Assembly: GCA_963667565.1 (NCBI GenBank)
Contig: OY763415.1
Coordinates: forward strand, 1,472,001-1,536,000
DNA: 64,000 nt
Source: Acholeplasmataceae bacterium
Lineage (GTDB): Bacteria > Bacillota_I > Bacilli_A > Acholeplasmatales > Acholeplasmataceae
Reading direction: 5' to 3'
Shown: piece after piece, positions 1-8,837 of the stretch
How the letters are laid out: every line of letters starts with the position of its first letter
Position numbering within the stretch: the stretch's first letter is position 1
Translations under genes and position numbers: made by a program
Notes under the pieces: generated by a model
Seen by the model: the letters and a program-made list of their open reading frames with translations, nothing else
Told to the model about the DNA's origin: nothing
Database searches by the model: none

Positions 1-296
1 TATAAGCTCTTGCTCACTTTTTTAATCACAAGTTCAGTTAATTGAACAAGTGCAGCAATAACTAAGATAAATGCAATTGTACTAATATAAGTAATTTTTA
101 AGTCTACTAAAACATAATGATAAATTGGCCAAGTGATCGCTGCTGATAGCATAATAACAACCAATACAGCAAAACTCATACCAACAACTGATTTCATCTT
201 TGTTGAAACACCAAAGAATGAACATAATCCTAAAAATTGCATCAATACGATATTATTGATCAAGAGTGAAGAAATTAAAATAGCTAATAAATCCAT
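1..296 (-). CDS. rnfA: Rnf electron transport complex subunit A (5' part; runs off the window start)
   Basis: Not in the ORF track. Manual translation from ATG 296 gives MDLLAILISSLLINNIVLMQFLGLCSFFGVS...FILVIAALVQ, typical RnfA motifs. The start overlaps the rnfE stop (TAATG). Confidence 0.93.
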   Translation of the reverse strand, partial: MDLLAILISSLLINNIVLMQFLGLCSFFGVSTKMKSVVGMSFAVLVVIMLSAAITWPIYHYVLVDLKITYISTIAFILVIAALVQLTELVIKKVSKSL

Positions 297-1087
297 TATG
301 CTTCAACTCCTTTCACTGGTGCTTTTGCTTTTGCTTCTGCAGCTGCTTTTAAACGAGCGGCTTTTGCTTTTTCAGCGTCTTTAATCTTTTTAGCGTTTGT
401 ACGTGCTGTAAAGATTGCAAGTAAAAGTCCAATAATTAAGAACCCTCCTGGAGGTTGTACAAGTAGCGCTAAACCATATTCTTGTAATCCCCATGATGTG
501 AATAACTCCGTTTGGAATCCAAGTGGTAATACATAACCAAGTTTAATCACACCTGTGCCAAAGAATTCTCTAACAAATCCAATAATCGTAAGTGCTAATG
601 TAAATCCAAGTGCTGTCCCCATACCATCAAGTATAGATGGAAACACTTTATTTTTAGATGCAAATGCTTCTGCACGACCTAAAATAATACAATTAACAAC
701 AATTAATGCCAAATAAACACCAAGTGAAGCACTTAAATCAGGAGCAAATGCATCAACTAACATTTGCATTGCAGTAACTTCAGTGGCAATAATAATAACA
801 TATGATGGAATACGAACCGTCGATGGTACAAAGTTTCTAATAGAAGAAACCACCAAATTACTAATTGTTAATATAACAAATACAAGTAATCCCATCCCAA
901 AACCAGCTTCAAGTGTTGTGGTTACAGCAAGTGCAGGGCACATACCTAAAACCATAACAAATACACCGTTTTCTTTCCATATACCTTTAGTGAATGTAGA
1001 CCATAACGATGGATCATCTGCATTTTTCTTTTTAGCAGGCACTTTTGCAGGTACCTTTTTAACTACTTTTTCATTTGCGTCAGTCAT
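296..1087 (-). CDS. rnfE: Rnf complex subunit E
   Basis: ENGVFVMVLGMCPALAVT and LIVVNCIILGRAEAFA motifs. Start moved to ATG 1087, behind GAGGTG. Confidence 0.95.
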   Translation of the reverse strand: MTDANEKVVKKVPAKVPAKKKNADDPSLWSTFTKGIWKENGVFVMVLGMCPALAVTTTLEAGFGMGLLVFVILTISNLVVSSIRNFVPSTVRIPSYVIIIATEVTAMQMLVDAFAPDLSASLGVYLALIVVNCIILGRAEAFASKNKVFPSILDGMGTALGFTLALTIIGFVREFFGTGVIKLGYVLPLGFQTELFTSWGLQEYGLALLVQPPGGFLIIGLLLAIFTARTNAKKIKDAEKAKAARLKAAAEAKAKAPVKGVEA

Positions 1088-1088
1088 C

Positions 1089-2087
1089 TTATGCCACCTC
1101 ACTTACAAAATACGCTAATAAATCATCAATTAAATTTTTAGTGTATGTCGCACCTGTTTGTAAATCGCCTTGGGCATCTACAATACCAGTAATTTCTTCT
1201 TTTGTCTTACCAATAAACATATCTAAATATTCAAAATTAAGTCTAATATAAGATAATGTGTGTTCATATAAATCTTCAGGCATCACAATGGCGATAATTT
1301 CATCATCGGCATTAAAAATCATTTTTAATGTGATTGATCCAATATCAGTATATCCACGATATGAGTAGGAACCTTCACCAGTCACTGTATAAATATACCC
1401 ACCTTCAGCAACACTTGAAGTAACGATGTTTTCTTTAGCTGTCACATGGGCAGTTGGTAAAAACGCTTGATCAGTCTCAAGTGTGTATCCCTCACCTAAG
1501 TAATCAGCATATGCATTATCAACTGGAGCCTCTGCAGGGTATTCATAAGCTATAGCACTTAACACTTCATTTTTAATCGCGTTTGTACTTTCACTTGCGG
1601 TTGCACCTGAAAGTGCATCTTCTTCAGTTCCTGCATTAAAATAAGGAATATCTTGAACATCAGAATACAAAATATGATCATAATAAGTATAAATATATTT
1701 TTGAATGTTTGAGACATATTGAACACTTTGTTCAAGTGAAACGATACCTACTGTAACAAAATCATTTTCAATACCAACAAGTAACTCAATATATCCATAC
1801 CCTAAATCAGAAGTACTTAAACTATATGTATTTCTAATTTTTACATTATAGATGACACCTAGCGTTCCGCCGTGTTCATCTTTAACTGTTTGTTTGTAAT
1901 CAACAATTGAATAGTTAGTTCCAGATGGATCTTCTATATTAACTTCACTTTCTAAAGTGACTTTTTGCCCAAAAATAAGATCTTCTGGTGTTTGCAGTAC
2001 AAATGCGTTGATACTAACAACAACCAGCACTGCAATTACCACTAAAACAAATGCGTTAACAATTAATTTAAAATTTTCTTTTTTCAT
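1089..2087 (-). CDS. Membrane-anchored protein with two RnfG-like FMN-binding domains
   Basis: One N-terminal TM helix; two flavinylation-type motifs (DALSGATAS, DLQTGATYT); lies between rnfG and rnfE. Confidence 0.75.
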   Translation of the reverse strand: MKKENFKLIVNAFVLVVIAVLVVVSINAFVLQTPEDLIFGQKVTLESEVNIEDPSGTNYSIVDYKQTVKDEHGGTLGVIYNVKIRNTYSLSTSDLGYGYIELLVGIENDFVTVGIVSLEQSVQYVSNIQKYIYTYYDHILYSDVQDIPYFNAGTEEDALSGATASESTNAIKNEVLSAIAYEYPAEAPVDNAYADYLGEGYTLETDQAFLPTAHVTAKENIVTSSVAEGGYIYTVTGEGSYSYRGYTDIGSITLKMIFNADDEIIAIVMPEDLYEHTLSYIRLNFEYLDMFIGKTKEEITGIVDAQGDLQTGATYTKNLIDDLLAYFVSEVA

Positions 2088-2680
2088 ACAGATACAGCTC
2101 CTTTCGAAGTTGTAAATGGATCAATTGAAACATTGATGGTTGCAAATGAATCAGCAATATCACTTAAAATACTCACCATTGTGTTTTTACTATAAGTTGC
2201 TCCAGAAACGATATCACCATTTGGAGATAAATCACTAATATCTGTACCAACATATAATGATAAGTTATGTCTTGTTGTGTCTAAATTTAGTGTTTGGTTT
2301 AATGATAAAAATTTAGCTCCAACAATGATACCTTGTGTATCAACTGCAACTACAATTGTCATGCTACCATATCCATTTGTGTCATATCCTTTATAGATAT
2401 AACCAATAATATTTTTATTTGCATCATCCTTTGGAGCATCATATGCTACAACTTTTGACAAAATAGAATTTGCGTCTTGGTCAACGCTTAACGCTTCATA
2501 ACTCACCATTTGAGGTAGTACTTCTTGATAAGCAACAAGTGTAGCTGCTTCTTCATTAGCTGTAATGATTGGTGATGTCCATGCATTAATACCACCAATT
2601 AAAATACCACAAATAATCGCAATCAATGTTAATACTGAAGTGAAGTGAATCATCGGATTCTTATCTAAGAATTGTTTCAT
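2084..2680 (-). CDS. rnfG: Rnf complex subunit G (FMN-binding)
   Basis: TM helix, then WTSPII, GYGSM and DIVSGATYS. ATG 2680 overlaps the rnfD stop (ATGA). Confidence 0.88.
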   Translation of the reverse strand: MKQFLDKNPMIHFTSVLTLIAIICGILIGGINAWTSPIITANEEAATLVAYQEVLPQMVSYEALSVDQDANSILSKVVAYDAPKDDANKNIIGYIYKGYDTNGYGSMTIVVAVDTQGIIVGAKFLSLNQTLNLDTTRHNLSLYVGTDISDLSPNGDIVSGATYSKNTMVSILSDIADSFATINVSIDPFTTSKGAVSV

Positions 2681-3756
2681 GCGAATGCACCTCCTGCAGC
2701 AAAGAATATAAAGACTGCAATAACGATAAATACCGCGATATATGAAACAATAAACTTCCATGTATATTTATTAGTAGCCCAATTTGGATAATCAATTAAT
2801 GGAACGAAAATATTAGCAAATAATAATGCGATAACAACACCTTCTGCATATGCGCCCCAAGTTCTTACTAGAACAATAAATGTACCAATAAGTAACCCGT
2901 AAACCCATCTACCAGGTCTTGTTACTGGTGCAGTGACAGGATCGGTAACCATAAATGCAATACCAAATAATAACCCGCCAGAGAATAAATTATATAAAAC
3001 AAAATTAAACCATTGATCAGGATATTTACTTAGTCCTACCAAAGCGATTAAAATCACAAATGATAATGTCGTAGACAATACCAATCTAAAATCAGCAGTT
3101 CTTCTGATTAAAAGATATGCTAAACCAATAAGAATCGGAATGACACTGATTTCACCCATTGTTCCTGGAATAAGTCCAAAAAACAAATCCTTTATTGGAT
3201 AACTATATAAAACATCAGGAAATCCCATGCCACTCTTAAGTGCAGTTAACGGTGTTGCACCTGCAACAACATCTACACCAACATAAGCATATGTATACAT
3301 ACCAGCAAGTGAGACAGAAACAAATCTTCTACCAGCGGCAGCAACGTTAAAGATATTACTTCCTAATCCACCAAATAACATCTTTACGACAATAATTGAG
3401 AATATAGCACCAATAACAACTGCAAAAATAGGCAATCTTGATGGCAAAATCATTGTATAAATAACCGCACTCACTGCAGGGGCAGTGACATTGTTTATTG
3501 TGTATGTTTGAAATTTTGATTTTAATTTTTCTTTAAATGTATTTCCTTTACCTTTATTCATCATGTAAAAAGCAACTGCTTCTAAACCAATCATGATGAC
3601 CAAACTGATGACAAGACGAATGACCGCATCCCATCCAAAACGATAAATTGCAAATACGACAACTGGTATGAGCGCAATAAGCACATCAATCATCATACGT
3701 TTCGTACTTGAATCTCCTCTTCTTATATAAGGCGCTGTTTGTTTAACAAATTCCAT
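2677..3756 (-). CDS. rnfD: Rnf complex subunit D
   Basis: KMLFGGLGSNIFN, FMN site AGATPL, PGTMGEIS, FMVTDPVTAP. Confidence 0.95.
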   Translation of the reverse strand: MEFVKQTAPYIRRGDSSTKRMMIDVLIALIPVVVFAIYRFGWDAVIRLVISLVIMIGLEAVAFYMMNKGKGNTFKEKLKSKFQTYTINNVTAPAVSAVIYTMILPSRLPIFAVVIGAIFSIIVVKMLFGGLGSNIFNVAAAGRRFVSVSLAGMYTYAYVGVDVVAGATPLTALKSGMGFPDVLYSYPIKDLFFGLIPGTMGEISVIPILIGLAYLLIRRTADFRLVLSTTLSFVILIALVGLSKYPDQWFNFVLYNLFSGGLLFGIAFMVTDPVTAPVTRPGRWVYGLLIGTFIVLVRTWGAYAEGVVIALLFANIFVPLIDYPNWATNKYTWKFIVSYIAVFIVIAVFIFFAAGGAFA

Positions 3757-3765
3757 ATATGCCTC

Positions 3766-5061
3766 CTACTTCACAAAACGCTTAGCTAAGCGCATGTATT
3801 CTGTTAAATGAATCTTAGAAGGACACACATATGAACATAACCCACATTCGATACATTTTTTAACTTGTAAAGTTTCAATCATCTCTTTATCTTTTTGCTT
3901 ATAAGCATTCATGATTTGAGTTGGTTGAATTTCAACTGGACATGAATAAACACATGACGCACAATGAACGCATGGTTCTTCAACTAAAACTTCTGCATTT
4001 TTAACAATCAAACTTGTTGTTGTATGCGTCATGACAATATCATCTCTTGTGACATTGACACCCATCATAGGCCCACCAAGAATCAAAAGTTTATCCTTAT
4101 CTAAATCTTTATAACCACCTGCAATTTTAAGTAGATCAGATACTAAAGTACCAATTCTAGCTCTAAAGTTCTTGTTATAAGCACCTTCACCACTAATTGC
4201 AAACAATCTTTCAAGTACTGGTAAACGATTTTTAACCGCTTCAAAAATACTCGCAAGTGTAGAAACATTTAAATTTAATACACCATATTTTGATAATAAT
4301 TGTCCTTGAGGAATCTTAATACCAAGAGCATGCTTAATCATATCAAGCTCCCATCCTTGAGGATAATGGTTTCCTACTTTAACAACTTTAATATCGTAAT
4401 TAGAATATTCTTTTAATGTAAAGTTTAATCGTTCTTCAATTTCAATATATTTTTTCTTAATAGCAATGATCCCTTTACTGGCACCAATCGCTTTCATTGA
4501 ATAAATCAACCCTTGAATCACTTTCTTAGGTTCATTCATCATGAGTCCATAATCGCTAATGATATATGGTTCACATTCAACACCATTTGCAATCACAACA
4601 TCGATTTTATCATTTGTCTTAAACTTAATATAAGTCGGAAAAGCACTACCTCCTAATCCAACCAAACCTGCTTTTTCAAAAATCTCAATGTATTCATCTT
4701 TAGTCAATTGATCAATTTCTTCATCAGTGCGACTTGTAATACTTTTATGTAACTCATATTTTTTATCATTTCGCACAATCAAACAATCAACAACTTTGCC
4801 ACTTTGATCCACGTGGCTTTCATTCCCAACTACTTCTCCGCTGACAGTGGAATGAATAGGTTGTTCAAAAAAAGCACCTTTTCTCGTTCCAATCACTTCA
4901 CCAACTTTGACGTATTGTCCACCGCGAACACAAGTTTCGCCTTCAGGACAACGAGAACTTGTCACTGGATAATATAAATATTCAGCATCCAAGTAATGGT
5001 CAATAGGTAAAGCTTTTAATTCTTTCTTACCATCAGGGATATGTCTTGTTTTAGTAATCAC
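3766..5061 (-). CDS. rnfC: Rnf complex subunit C
   Basis: [33 protein letters not shown] and two CxxCxxCxxxCP clusters. The GTG start overlaps the glyA stop. Confidence 0.95.
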   Translation of the reverse strand: MITKTRHIPDGKKELKALPIDHYLDAEYLYYPVTSSRCPEGETCVRGGQYVKVGEVIGTRKGAFFEQPIHSTVSGEVVGNESHVDQSGKVVDCLIVRNDKKYELHKSITSRTDEEIDQLTKDEYIEIFEKAGLVGLGGSAFPTYIKFKTNDKIDVVIANGVECEPYIISDYGLMMNEPKKVIQGLIYSMKAIGASKGIIAIKKKYIEIEERLNFTLKEYSNYDIKVVKVGNHYPQGWELDMIKHALGIKIPQGQLLSKYGVLNLNVSTLASIFEAVKNRLPVLERLFAISGEGAYNKNFRARIGTLVSDLLKIAGGYKDLDKDKLLILGGPMMGVNVTRDDIVMTHTTTSLIVKNAEVLVEEPCVHCASCVYSCPVEIQPTQIMNAYKQKDKEMIETLQVKKCIECGLCSYVCPSKIHLTEYMRLAKRFVK

Positions 5062-6311
5062 TTAACTGCTCCTTTCTCATGTAACGGATATTTCTCGGTC
5101 AGTTTAATGACTTCCTCTTTAATCGCACATAATTTTTCTTCATCATCTTTATTTTTTAATGCCTCATCAATAAATGAAGCTATTAAATCCATATCTTCTT
5201 CAAACATACCTCTAGTTGTTACTGCCGGTGTTCCTAAACGAATACCACTTCCATATGCTGGTTTTTCTTTGTCATAAGGAATGGTATTTTTATTGCATGT
5301 AATATTGACTTTACCTAATGTTGTTTCAGCTTTTTTACCTGTAATACCGTATTTATCTTTAACGTTGATTAAAACGAGATGATTATCGGTACCGCCAGAA
5401 ATAATCTTATAACCTAAATCGCTCATCGCTTTAGCAAGTCTTCTTGAATTTTTTACAACTTGTTGTTGATATGCGATAAATGATGGTTCCAATGCTTCTT
5501 TAAAAGCAACACCTTTAGCTGCTATGACATGCATTAAAGGTCCACCTTGAATACCAGGAAATATAGCTTTATCAATTTTTTTAGCAATATCTTCATCATT
5601 GGTTAAAATAATACCGCCACGAGGTCCACGCAATGTTTTATGCGTTGTAGACGTAACCACATGAGCATAGGGAATTGGTGATGGATGTGCTTTAGCAGCA
5701 ACTAAACCAGCAATATGCGCCATATCAACCATCAAAAATGCACCAACTTCATCAGCAATTTCTCTAAATTTTTTAAAATCAATCACTCTTGCATAAGCAC
5801 TTGCTCCAGCAACAATTAACTGCGGTTTAACTTTAAGTGCAATTTCTCTGACTTTATCATAATCAATAAGTTCAGTGATTTCGTCCACACCATAAAACTC
5901 AGATTTATAAATCTTACCTGAGAAATTTAAATTAAATCCATGTGTTAAATGTCCACCTTCATTAAGGGACATACCTAAAATCGTATCTCCAGGTTTAATG
6001 AGTGCTTGATATGCTGCCATATTGGCTTGTGATCCTGAATGAGGTTGAACATTAACAAACTTAACATCATACAATTTTTTAAGTCTATTTCTTGTTTCTT
6101 CTTCAACCAAATCAACAAATTCACAACCACCATAATATCTACTTGAAGGATAACCTTCAGCATATTTGTTGGTTAAAATAGACCCTTGCGCTTCCATAAC
6201 TGCTTCTGAAACAAAGTTCTCTGAAGCAATTAATTCTAGGTGGGTCTCTTGTCTATTTTTCTCTTTTAAAATAAATCCATTCATCAAAGGGTCATATTGA
6301 TCTAATTTCAT
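5058..6311 (-). CDS. glyA: Serine hydroxymethyltransferase
   Basis: [27 protein letters not shown]. Start at ATG 6311 after GAGGAG. Confidence 0.98.
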   Translation of the reverse strand: MKLDQYDPLMNGFILKEKNRQETHLELIASENFVSEAVMEAQGSILTNKYAEGYPSSRYYGGCEFVDLVEEETRNRLKKLYDVKFVNVQPHSGSQANMAAYQALIKPGDTILGMSLNEGGHLTHGFNLNFSGKIYKSEFYGVDEITELIDYDKVREIALKVKPQLIVAGASAYARVIDFKKFREIADEVGAFLMVDMAHIAGLVAAKAHPSPIPYAHVVTSTTHKTLRGPRGGIILTNDEDIAKKIDKAIFPGIQGGPLMHVIAAKGVAFKEALEPSFIAYQQQVVKNSRRLAKAMSDLGYKIISGGTDNHLVLINVKDKYGITGKKAETTLGKVNITCNKNTIPYDKEKPAYGSGIRLGTPAVTTRGMFEEDMDLIASFIDEALKNKDDEEKLCAIKEEVIKLTEKYPLHEKGAVK

Positions 6312-6419
6312 ATCTATTCTCCTCAATAATCTGTGGTTTATTATAACATAATAAAATGCAAAAAAAAAGACGAGTTGTCAAGATTTATGCTCATCTTTTT
6401 TTAGTTAAATTTACAAAAA

Positions 6420-7136
6420 TTATAAAGTAACGTTATGATAGATTTCTTGAACATCATCAAGTTCATTCAACATGTTCATTAATCTTTCAAATTTTTCTTG
6501 TTCTTCTTCACTTAAAGTTGTATCCATCATTGCCATCCACATGATTTCATCAGTTTCAAATTCCATATCTGGATATTGTTCCAAAAATGCTGTCTTAATG
6601 ACATTATAATTTGTTGCATCACTTAAAACTGTGACTTCTTCACCATCAGCTTCAATCTCATCCGCATCTAAATCATTTAAGACAAGTAATTCTAAGACTT
6701 CTTCTTCACTTAATCCTTTAACTGTAAATACAGCTTGATGATTAAATTGATGAAGTACTGAACCAGAAATACCTAATTTTCCACCTGTTTTTGTAAAACA
6801 ATTTCTCACTTCAGCGATTGTTCTATTTACGTTATCAGTTAAGCACTCAACAACGAAAATACTATTACCAGGTCCAAAACCTTCATATCTTGCAGGAATG
6901 TAGTTATCATCACTACCACCTTTAGCTTTATCAATTGCTCTTTTAATAATATCCGCAGAAACTTGTTCTTTTTTTGCTTTTTGAATAATTCTCTTTAAGT
7001 TAACGTTAAGATCTGGATCAGGTACACCATTTCTTGCTGCCATAAATATTTCTTTTCCATATTTGGCATATAGTTTACTTTTCACTGCGGCAGTTTTTGC
7101 CATTGCCACTTTTCTTACTTCATGCGCTCTTCCCAT
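6420..7136 (-). CDS. yebC: YebC/PmpR family protein
   Basis: MGRAHEVRK, YEGFGPG, TDNVNRT, DDVQEIYHN. Confidence 0.95.
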   Translation of the reverse strand: MGRAHEVRKVAMAKTAAVKSKLYAKYGKEIFMAARNGVPDPDLNVNLKRIIQKAKKEQVSADIIKRAIDKAKGGSDDNYIPARYEGFGPGNSIFVVECLTDNVNRTIAEVRNCFTKTGGKLGISGSVLHQFNHQAVFTVKGLSEEEVLELLVLNDLDADEIEADGEEVTVLSDATNYNVIKTAFLEQYPDMEFETDEIMWMAMMDTTLSEEEQEKFERLMNMLNELDDVQEIYHNVTL

Positions 7137-7155
7137 ACATTTTCACCTATTCTTT

Positions 7156-7683
7156 TTACTTAAACTTTTCGTTATATGTGTCGATACATTGTTGAATGAT
7201 TTTTTTTGCAGACACTGCACCTTCAATATCTAAAATATAAGTCTTTTTGCCTTCAAGTGATTTATATACTTCAAAGAAGTGACCCATTTCAGTTAAGAGA
7301 TGTTGCGGTAATTCATTAATATCTTTATATTGTGTAAGAGATGGATCACCAAATGGAATCGCAATAATTTTTTCATCAATTTCATCTGAATCTATCATCT
7401 TCATAACGCCTATTGGATAAACTTCTACAATACTTAATGGTTCAATATCTTCTTGACATAATACTAAAACATCAAGAGGGTCATTATCTCCAGCATACGT
7501 TCTTGGAATGAAACCATAGTTTGCTGGGTAATGCGTTGAGGTGAATAAGATACGATCAAGAATAATCATTCCTGTTTCTTTATCTAATTCATATTTCTTT
7601 TTAGAACCTTTAGAAATTTCAATACAAGCAACAAATTTATCAGGTGTTATTCTTTTTGGACTTATGTCGTGCCATATATTCAT
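7156..7683 (-). CDS. ppa: Family I inorganic pyrophosphatase
   Basis: KYELDKETG, YPANYGFIPRT, DNDPLDVLV. ATG 7683 follows AAGGTGA. Confidence 0.96.
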   Translation of the reverse strand: MNIWHDISPKRITPDKFVACIEISKGSKKKYELDKETGMIILDRILFTSTHYPANYGFIPRTYAGDNDPLDVLVLCQEDIEPLSIVEVYPIGVMKMIDSDEIDEKIIAIPFGDPSLTQYKDINELPQHLLTEMGHFFEVYKSLEGKKTYILDIEGAVSAKKIIQQCIDTYNEKFK

Positions 7684-7729
7684 TTTTATCACCTTTTTCC
7701 TTTACACATCTATTTTAGCATTTCCCCCT

Positions 7730-7759
7730 AAAAAAAACACCCCAAAAGTGAGTGCTTTT
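7730..7759 (-). terminator. Intrinsic terminator in the ppa leader
   Basis: AAAAGCACTCACTTTTGGGGTG followed by an 8-T run on the minus strand. Confidence 0.75.
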
Positions 7760-7849
7760 CCTATAGCAATCGAAAATGTTACTTATCCCCGTTTGCCCCT
7801 TAGACGTATTTTAACTATCGCCTAATACGTTATGTATCGCTTCTCATAA

Positions 7850-7915
7850 TCGTAGTCACAATGTTTCGGCATTGTGGTAGATACGTCATCACCCCTAATT
7901 AGATGACTTATACGA
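7850..7915 (-). ncRNA. Purine riboswitch aptamer, guanine type
   Basis: Minus strand reads TCGTA-TAA-GTCATC...GATGAC-GTATCTAC-CACAATG-CCGAAA-CATTGTG-AC-TACGA. P1, P2 and P3 are present, with GG in L2, CC in L3 and C at the discriminator position. Confidence 0.88.
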
Positions 7916-7932
7916 CAATTAAATACAAAGTC

Positions 7933-7962
7933 ATTATAACAATAAAATCGCTATATTGTAAA
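7933..7962 (-). promoter_or_regulatory. Sigma-A promoter for the riboswitch transcript
   Basis: TTTACA-18 bp-TATAAT with an extended -10 (TGtTATAAT). Confidence 0.65.
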
Positions 7963-7979
7963 GGATGAAATTTAATTTT

Positions 7980-8831
7980 TTACAACTTTTTTTGATGTTG
8001 CAAATAGAGTTCGTATGTATTTTGTAAAAGGCCTAATATGGTCATAGGACCAACACCACCTGGGACTGGTGTAATCATTGATGCAATTTCGCTTACTTTA
8101 GCGAAATCTACATCACCGACTAAATGACCGTCAACTCGATTCGTTCCAACATCAATAACGATGGCGCCTGGTTTGACCATGTCTGCTGTAAGTAAGTTGG
8201 GTTTGCCAGTTGCAACCACAATTAAATCTGCATGAATCGTATGTTCTTTGATGCTTCTCGTTTTTGAATGACATACAGTAATGGTTGCGCCTCTATCCAT
8301 CAACATTCTCGCCACCGGAAAGCCAACAATATTGCTTCTACCAATGATCGTCGCATTTAAACCTTCTATTTCAACTTTATAAAAATCCAGAAGTTCTAAA
8401 ATGCCTTTAGGTGTTGCTGGATATGTTGTTTTTTTCTTTTGATATAAATATCCTTGATTGATGACATGAAAACCATCTGCATCTTTATCTCTAGAAATCA
8501 AATCAATGAGCACATTTTCGTTTAAATGTTTAGGGATTGGAAGTTGCAAAATCATTCCATCAATTTCTTTATTATTATTTAAGCTTATAATTAAGTTTTC
8601 AAGTTCATTTTGTCTAATGTTTTCATCAAGATGATATAACTTATATTCAATGCCAACAAGCGCACACGCTTTTTCTTTACCTTTGATATACGATAAGCTT
8701 GCAGGGTTATTTCCCACAAGGATAACCGCCAAACAAGGGGATTTATCATATATTTTTTTAGATTCTTCTATTTTATTTTTTAACGCTTCTTTTAGTGCTT
8801 TAGAGGCTATTTTTCCGCTTAATAATTCCAT
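7980..8831 (-). CDS. folD: Methylene-THF dehydrogenase/cyclohydrolase
   Basis: LQLPIP, KDADGFH, IGRSNIVG, TPVPGGVGPMT. Confidence 0.97.
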   Translation of the reverse strand: MELLSGKIASKALKEALKNKIEESKKIYDKSPCLAVILVGNNPASLSYIKGKEKACALVGIEYKLYHLDENIRQNELENLIISLNNNKEIDGMILQLPIPKHLNENVLIDLISRDKDADGFHVINQGYLYQKKKTTYPATPKGILELLDFYKVEIEGLNATIIGRSNIVGFPVARMLMDRGATITVCHSKTRSIKEHTIHADLIVVATGKPNLLTADMVKPGAIVIDVGTNRVDGHLVGDVDFAKVSEIASMITPVPGGVGPMTILGLLQNTYELYLQHQKKL

Positions 8832-8837
8832 ATATAA

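Noticed and set aside
133..1118. Plus-strand ORFs 133-384 and 783-1118, and the many similar short ORFs nested in or antisense to long genes
   Set aside because: Shadow frames of well-supported genes, with no RBS or recognisable motifs.
6312..6419. Possible ZTP, THF or glycine riboswitch upstream of glyA (also checked before fhs and pflB)
   Set aside because: Leaders are short and AT-rich, holding only promoter and terminator elements; no aptamer consensus visible.
7541..7825. 94-aa plus-strand ORF over ppa and the riboswitch platform
   Set aside because: Antisense to ppa and explained by the opposite-strand features.
7760..7850. Tandem PRPP/ykkC-type second aptamer after the guanine aptamer
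   Set aside because: The conserved ykkC-family segments are not present.
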